DNA of 64,000 nt from an uncultured Alphaproteobacteria bacterium (GTDB taxonomy: Bacteria > Pseudomonadota > Alphaproteobacteria > ATCC43930 > CGMCC-115725), in the NCBI GenBank assembly GCA_963789275.1, contig CAWBKF010000014.1, positions 15,240-79,239 on the forward strand. The letters run 5' to 3'. The translations under genes were made by a program, and so were the position numbers. The notes under the pieces were generated by a model that had not been told where the DNA came from, did not search any database, and worked only from the letters and a program-made list of their open reading frames with translations. Positions 59,402 through 64,000 of this stretch are shown here, in pieces. Each line of letters starts with the position of its first letter. Within the stretch, counting starts at the first letter, position 1.

Positions 59402-60480
59402 CGGAGCACCAGGGCGATGCCGGGCCGGAGCCCGCGCCGGAATGGATCCGGCAGGGGCCGCAGACCATCGAGGCGCCGCCGGCCGCCGCGGCGCCGAAGC
59501 GGCGGCGCGGCCGGCGGCTCGGGACAGCGCTGATCCTCATCGTGCTGGTGGCGGCGGCGGTGGCGAGCGCGCCCTATTGGACGAGCCTGCTGCCTTGGGC
59601 TTCGCCGGGCGAGCCGAACCAGACGACGGCGGCGCTCGAGCGGATCGACCAGCGGCTCGGCGATCTTAGGGAGCGCGAGACGGCGCTGGAGCAGCGGCTT
59701 TCCGGGGTCGAGCACCAGCTCGCGAGCCAAGCCTCGTCGGGCGCGGCACAAGAGCAGGCGGCGGCGCTGCGCCAGCTTGCCGATCGCCTTTCCGCGCTGG
59801 AGCAGCGCGCGCCGCCGTCGCCCGACACGGCGCCGCTCGCCGATCTCACGGACACCACGAGCAAGCTCAATGCCGGCCTGGCGGAGCTCGGGGCGCGGCT
59901 CGACAAGCTCGAGGCGCACAACGCCGAGGCCGCCGGCGGTCGCGGCGACGCTTCGCTGCTGCTGGCGCTGGGACAGCTGCGCGGCGCGCTCGACAGCGGC
60001 CGGCCCTATGCCGGCGAGCTCGCGACGGTGAAGATGCTGGCGCAAAGCCGGCCGGAGCTGGCGCCGCCGCTCGCGGCGCTGGCGGGAAATGCTACGAGCG
60101 GCATCGCCAGCCTGCCGGCGCTGACGCAGCGCTTCACGCAGGAGGTGGCGCCCGCCTTGCTGCGCGCGCCGGCGCCGCCGGAGAGCGAGGGCATCGCCGA
60201 CCGGGTCATGGCGCGGCTGCGCTCGCTGGTCGTGATCCACCGCATCGGCGACAAGGCCGATCCCGTCGAGAGCGCGGTGGAGCGCGCCGAGGCGGCGCTC
60301 GAGCGCAACGACCTAGCATCCGCCATCGCGGCGCTGGAGATGCTGCCGCCGCGCGATGCCGCACTCGCCGATGACTGGCTTGCCGCGGCACGCCAGCGCG
60401 TCGCCGCGAGCCAAGCGCTCGACCGGCTCGATGCCGGCATCGGCGACAAACTCACCGCGCCGGCCGCGGCGGCGCAGTGA
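59398..60480 (+). CDS. COG4223/mitofilin (Mic60)-like membrane protein
   Basis: ATGA overlap with the hemD stop. One TM (LGTALILIVLVAAAVASAPYW), a coiled-coil-like Ala/Leu/Gln/Glu-rich middle, and a C-terminal mitofilin-like region (...RLRSLVVIHRIGD...AVERAEAALERNDLASAIAALEMLP...WLAAARQRVAASQAL). Confidence 0.6.
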   Translation: MTEHQGDAGPEPAPEWIRQGPQTIEAPPAAAAPKRRRGRRLGTALILIVLVAAAVASAPYWTSLLPWASPGEPNQTTAALERIDQRLGDLRERETALEQRLSGVEHQLASQASSGAAQEQAAALRQLADRLSALEQRAPPSPDTAPLADLTDTTSKLNAGLAELGARLDKLEAHNAEAAGGRGDASLLLALGQLRGALDSGRPYAGELATVKMLAQSRPELAPPLAALAGNATSGIASLPALTQRFTQEVAPALLRAPAPPESEGIADRVMARLRSLVVIHRIGDKADPVESAVERAEAALERNDLASAIAALEMLPPRDAALADDWLAAARQRVAASQALDRLDAGIGDKLTAPAAAAQ

Positions 60481-61896
60481 TGCGCACGCTTCCCGCCATC
60501 ATCGTCATCGCCGCGCTGGTCGCGGGCGCGGCCTATCTCGCCGCCGAGCCCGGCAGCGTCGTGCTCACCTGGCAAGGCCGGCACATCTACACCAGCGTCG
60601 CGCGGCTCGCGCTCGGCATCGTGCTGCTCGCCATGCTGGCGGCGGCGCTCTTCCATCTGCTGCGGAAGCTCCTGGGCGGCCCCCGCGCGTTCATGCGCGG
60701 GCGGCGCGAGAAGCGGCGGCGCGAGGGCTATCGCGCGCTGACCCAGGGCATGGTGGCGGTGGCGGCGGGCGATGCCGAGGAGGCGCAGAAATTCGCGCGC
60801 AAGGCCGATGTGCTGCTGGCGGAGCCGCCGCTGACCTTGCTGCTCTCGGCGCAGGCGGCGCAGCTCAGCGGCGACGAGCAGGCGGCGGCGCGGTATTTCA
60901 CCGCGATGCTGGAGCGGGCGGAGACCGAGTTCCTGGGCCTGCGCGGCCTCGTCATGCAGGCGCTGCGCGGCGGCGACGAGCGCGCGGCGCTGGGCCTCGT
61001 CGAGCGCGCGCGCCGCCTCCGGCCGCGCACGCCCTGGGTGGTGACGAGCCTCTTCGAGCTGCAGGCGCGCGCCGGCAAATGGTACGAGGCGGAACAGACG
61101 CTCATCGAGGGGGTGAAGCGGAAGGCGCTGCCCGAAGCGGCGACGCACCATCACCGCACGGTGCTGCTGCATGAGCGCAGCCGCGCCGCGGAAGCCGAAG
61201 GCGCGCAGCCGCAGGCGCTGCAGCTCGCGGCGAAGGCGCATGGCGCGGAGCTGGGGTTTGCGCCGGGCGCGGTGCATTACGCGACGCTGCTGCGCGTCGG
61301 CGGCCGCACCAAGCATGCGGCGCGCGCGCTCGAGGCGTCGTGGCGCGTCGCACCCCATCCCGACATCGCCGCAGGCCTGGGCCGCGCTCTTCGCCGAGGC
61401 GACGCCGGTCGAGCGGATGAAGCAAACCGACCGGCTCGCCGCCGCCAATCCCGACCATGCCGAGAGCCGGCTCGCGCAAGCGCGGGCGGCGCTCGACGCG
61501 CGGCTCTGGGGCGAGGCGCGCCGCCATCTCGAAGCGCTGGGTGCGAAGCTCGGCGAGGGCGCGGCGCCGTTGAGCCCGCGGGTCTGCCGGATGATGGCCG
61601 AACTCGAAGAGGCGCAGCACGAGAACATGCCCGCGGCGCGGGCGTGGCTCGGGCGGGCGGCGACGACGACGGCGCTCGATCCCGCCTGGCTCTGCGGCGC
61701 CTGCGGCGCGGAGAATGCCGGCTGGAGCGCGGTCTGCCCGCATTGCCGCGCCTTTGCCAGCCTCGCCTGGCGGATGCCCGGCGGCAGCGCGCGGCTGCTG
61801 CCGGCGCAAGCGAGCCTGATGCCGCCGGTGGCGGTGCCGGCGCCGTGGCCCGCCGCCGAGACGACGATCCTGCCGCCGGCGGCGAAGACGGGGTAG
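60477..61896 (+). pseudogene. hemY: HemY-like TPR membrane protein, frame disruption at about 61370
   Basis: MMRTLPAIIVIAALVAGAAYL...LTQGMVAVAAGDAEEAQKFARKA... up to ...RVAPHPDIA. Then QAWAALFAEATPVERMKQTDRLAAANPDHAESRLAQARAAL...WLCGACGAENAGWSAVCPHC continues in track ORF 61171..61896. The start is GTG 60477 or ATG 60480. Confidence 0.75.
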
Positions 61897-61957
61897 CGCG
61901 CGGCGCGGTTGACGCCCGGCGACGGCCGGCTGTAAGGTCCGCCGCCCGCAGGGGTAA

Positions 61958-62032
<75 letters not shown>

Positions 62033-62189
62033 GCGTAAAGTTTCTGCTGACGCTGGACTATTCGAAGGTCGGGACGCGGTTGGGCGCAACCGTGGCAGGT
62101 GTGCACCCACGAAGCTTTGGCTCGACAGGCCATAGGCCTTTCACTAGTTTTGAGGTCCCCTCATTAGCTGTTTCCGATCGGAAGTCGGT

Positions 62190-64000
62190 ATGGCCACGAA
62201 CGCCTTTGTCGCCTACCCCTCTAGCCCCGCAGACTTAGTGGCCGCCATTCGGGCGGCGGTTGGGCTTGCGAATAAAGCTTGGGGCGACGATGCGGTCCAT
62301 GGCTGGGAGGAGAACCTTGTCGCGAGTCGGTTTGTGACCGATCCGATTTTTTCCGAGATCCAGCGGCGTGAATTGTTGATCGCCGATATTACTGTTGTCA
62401 ATTTCAACGTGACTTACGAGATCGGGTATGCAATCGGACAGCGCAAATCTTTCCGGCTCATCATCAACGGATCGCTACAAGGCGACGAGAAGCTGCGCCG
62501 CGATATCGGGATTTTCACTACCCTCGGATTCCAGCGGTACGCCAACCACGACGAGCTCTACGACATTATCCTCGCTGCGGAGCATCTCACCCCGCTCAAT
62601 GTCGATTTCCCACTCAACAAGCTGGCTCCGATCTATTACCTGGGAACCTCGAACCAGAGCGGAGCCTTGCTGCACATTTATGCGCGCCTGAAAAAGACGA
62701 AGTATCGGCTACGTGAGTTCAATCCGCATGAGCAACCGTGGCTAAATGCCAGCGAGGCCATTGAGCATGTCGCCTCGTCTGCCGCTGTGGTCGTGCCTTT
62801 GCTGTCAGAGCACCAGATAGGCTGGCAGGTCCACAATATTCGAGCGGCGTTTGTGATCGGTTTGGCGCACGGCTTGGGTGTCCGGTGCCTCGCCTTGCAG
62901 TCGGCCGACGGGCCGGTTCCGTTGGACGTGCGGGACGCGGTCAAAACTTACCGTAGCAACCAGCAGATCGAGGAGCATATCGCTGACGTGCTTCCGGCGA
63001 TAGTTGAAAAGGTGTACGGCGACATTGCGCCCATCATCCTCTCGCAGGATATACTGAGCAGAACCGACATCGGCGAGGCGATGGCAGAAAATGAGACTGG
63101 AACGCTGCGCAATTATTTTTTGCAGACCTCTGAGTATCAAAGCGTCCTCAGAGGTAATGTTCGTCTCGTGTTGGGACGGAAGGGCTCGGGCAAGACGGCT
63201 CTCTTTATGCAGGCCCGCGATCGTTGGAAGCCGGGCAAAGCCAATGTCGTTGTTGACCTAGCACCGGAAAATTACAGACTGTTAAAACTACGAGATGCCG
63301 TAACGGCTTATTTAGCAGAAGGATCGCGGGAAGAGCTGCTTACGGCGATGTGGGAGTATCTACTGCTCCTTGAAATTGTTAGTAAAATTATCGATGAAGA
63401 TTACGAACTGCATCTCCGCGACCACGAGCTTGTGGGTCCATACCAGGACTTAGCCCGTCAGTATAAGGATGGCGATTACGCGGAAGGCGCCGATTTTTCA
63501 GAGCGGCTCGTCAACCTAATTGATCGACTGGTTGAGCGATATGAAAATCGCTACGGCACCTCTGCCCAACGGCAGCTGTCATCCAAGCAGGTTCTTGAGC
63601 TTCTGTACGAGCATGACATGAAGGCACTCCGAGGTGCGCTGAGCAATTACTTAGAACATAAAGATGTCGTCGTCGTGCTGTTCGACAACCTCGATAAGGG
63701 CTGGGCGAGCCAAGGACTTAAACCAGAAGATGTGGTCATAATCCGCGCGCTGGTTAGCGCCAGCGATCGAGTTGTCAAATACCTACAGCGAGCGGGGGAC
63801 GAGGCATTCGTCACAATCTTCCTTCGCAATGACGTTTACGAGTTTCTGGTCGATCTCACGCCGGATCGAGGCAAACACTCAAATGTGTCAATCGACTGGC
63901 GCGATACTCAGCAACTGAAACTCATGGTGCGGAATCGTCTGCAGGCGAGCAAAATTGCTGAAGCAAAAGAGTTTGAGACCCTCTGGCATCTCATCTGTGA
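62190..64000 (+). CDS. two TIR/nucleoside-2-deoxyribosyltransferase-like modules fused to a P-loop NTPase (3' end beyond the window)
   Basis: My own translation from ATG 62190 gives 603 codons with no stop: MATNAFVAYPSSPADLVAAIRAAV...ELLIADITVVNFNVTYEIGYAIGQRKSFRLII (module 1), PIYYLGTSNQSG...AAVVVPLLSEHQIGWQVHNIRAAFVIGLAHGLGVRCLAL (module 2), Walker A LVLGRKGSGKTALF (residues 326-339), Walker-B-like VVVVLFDNLDKGW (493-505). It is missing from the ORF track because no stop occurs before the edge, and it lies in the AT-richer region next to tRNA-Thr. Confidence 0.75.
   Translation, partial: MATNAFVAYPSSPADLVAAIRAAVGLANKAWGDDAVHGWEENLVASRFVTDPIFSEIQRRELLIADITVVNFNVTYEIGYAIGQRKSFRLIINGSLQGDEKLRRDIGIFTTLGFQRYANHDELYDIILAAEHLTPLNVDFPLNKLAPIYYLGTSNQSGALLHIYARLKKTKYRLREFNPHEQPWLNASEAIEHVASSAAVVVPLLSEHQIGWQVHNIRAAFVIGLAHGLGVRCLALQSADGPVPLDVRDAVKTYRSNQQIEEHIADVLPAIVEKVYGDIAPIILSQDILSRTDIGEAMAENETGTLRNYFLQTSEYQSVLRGNVRLVLGRKGSGKTALFMQARDRWKPGKANVVVDLAPENYRLLKLRDAVTAYLAEGSREELLTAMWEYLLLLEIVSKIIDEDYELHLRDHELVGPYQDLARQYKDGDYAEGADFSERLVNLIDRLVERYENRYGTSAQRQLSSKQVLELLYEHDMKALRGALSNYLEHKDVVVVLFDNLDKGWASQGLKPEDVVIIRALVSASDRVVKYLQRAGDEAFVTIFLRNDVYEFLVDLTPDRGKHSNVSIDWRDTQQLKLMVRNRLQASKIAEAKEFETLWHLIC

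Overview
High-GC alphaproteobacterial chromosomal segment (Hyphomicrobiales-like, judged from gene content only).

- **1-10.8 kb:** glycerol locus. It holds glpK, a 2OG-oxygenase-like gene and glpD, then glpR, then an ABC importer with two ATPases, two permeases, a DUF2160 protein and a TAT-signal binding protein.
- **10.8-23.9 kb:** mixed metabolism: TetR, flavin monooxygenase, esterase, SDR, argG, quinone reductase, LLM oxidoreductase, gloB, dcp, CBS protein, lipoprotein, cinA.
- **23.9-39.2 kb:** accessory block abutting the 3' end of tRNA-Ala(CGC).
  - It carries two tandem genes of about 1,750 aa, each built almost entirely from a Thr/Ser-rich octapeptide repeat. One is intact and contains eight near-identical 573-bp higher-order repeats. 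The other is broken by at least 6 indels.
  - Next to them lie a TPR-GT41 (OGT/HMW1C-type) glycosyltransferase, a TylF-type methyltransferase and a GT-A-like protein.
  - This is my top candidate for an undescribed system: giant repeat proteins plus a dedicated glycosylation module.
- **39.3-62 kb:** housekeeping genes: yggT, DUF167, folD, scoAB, SDR, phhB, UDG-family, TauD-like, NIPSNAP, a phoD-phoH cluster with a Pho box, GST, Rrf2, gpsA, glcG-like, tsaD, and hemC-hemD-mic60-like-hemY. Several repeat families are interspersed:
  - an inverted-repeat-flanked DUF559 cassette plus a gene-less miniature copy;
  - CAGCTGA/TAGCTGA heptamer arrays flanking a three-hairpin core;
  - REP-like hairpins.
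- **After tRNA-Thr(CGU), 61958-62032:** the sequence becomes visibly AT-richer. An ORF of more than 603 aa encodes two TIR/nucleoside-2-deoxyribosyltransferase-like modules fused to a P-loop NTPase. It is absent from the ORF track because it runs off the edge. It is a candidate defence gene on a tRNA-associated island.

At least 16 small frame disruptions hit otherwise well-conserved genes (hemC twice, scoA in a T5 run, and others). Much of the apparent pseudogenisation is therefore probably assembly indel error. I saw no rRNA, CRISPR, transposase or integrase.
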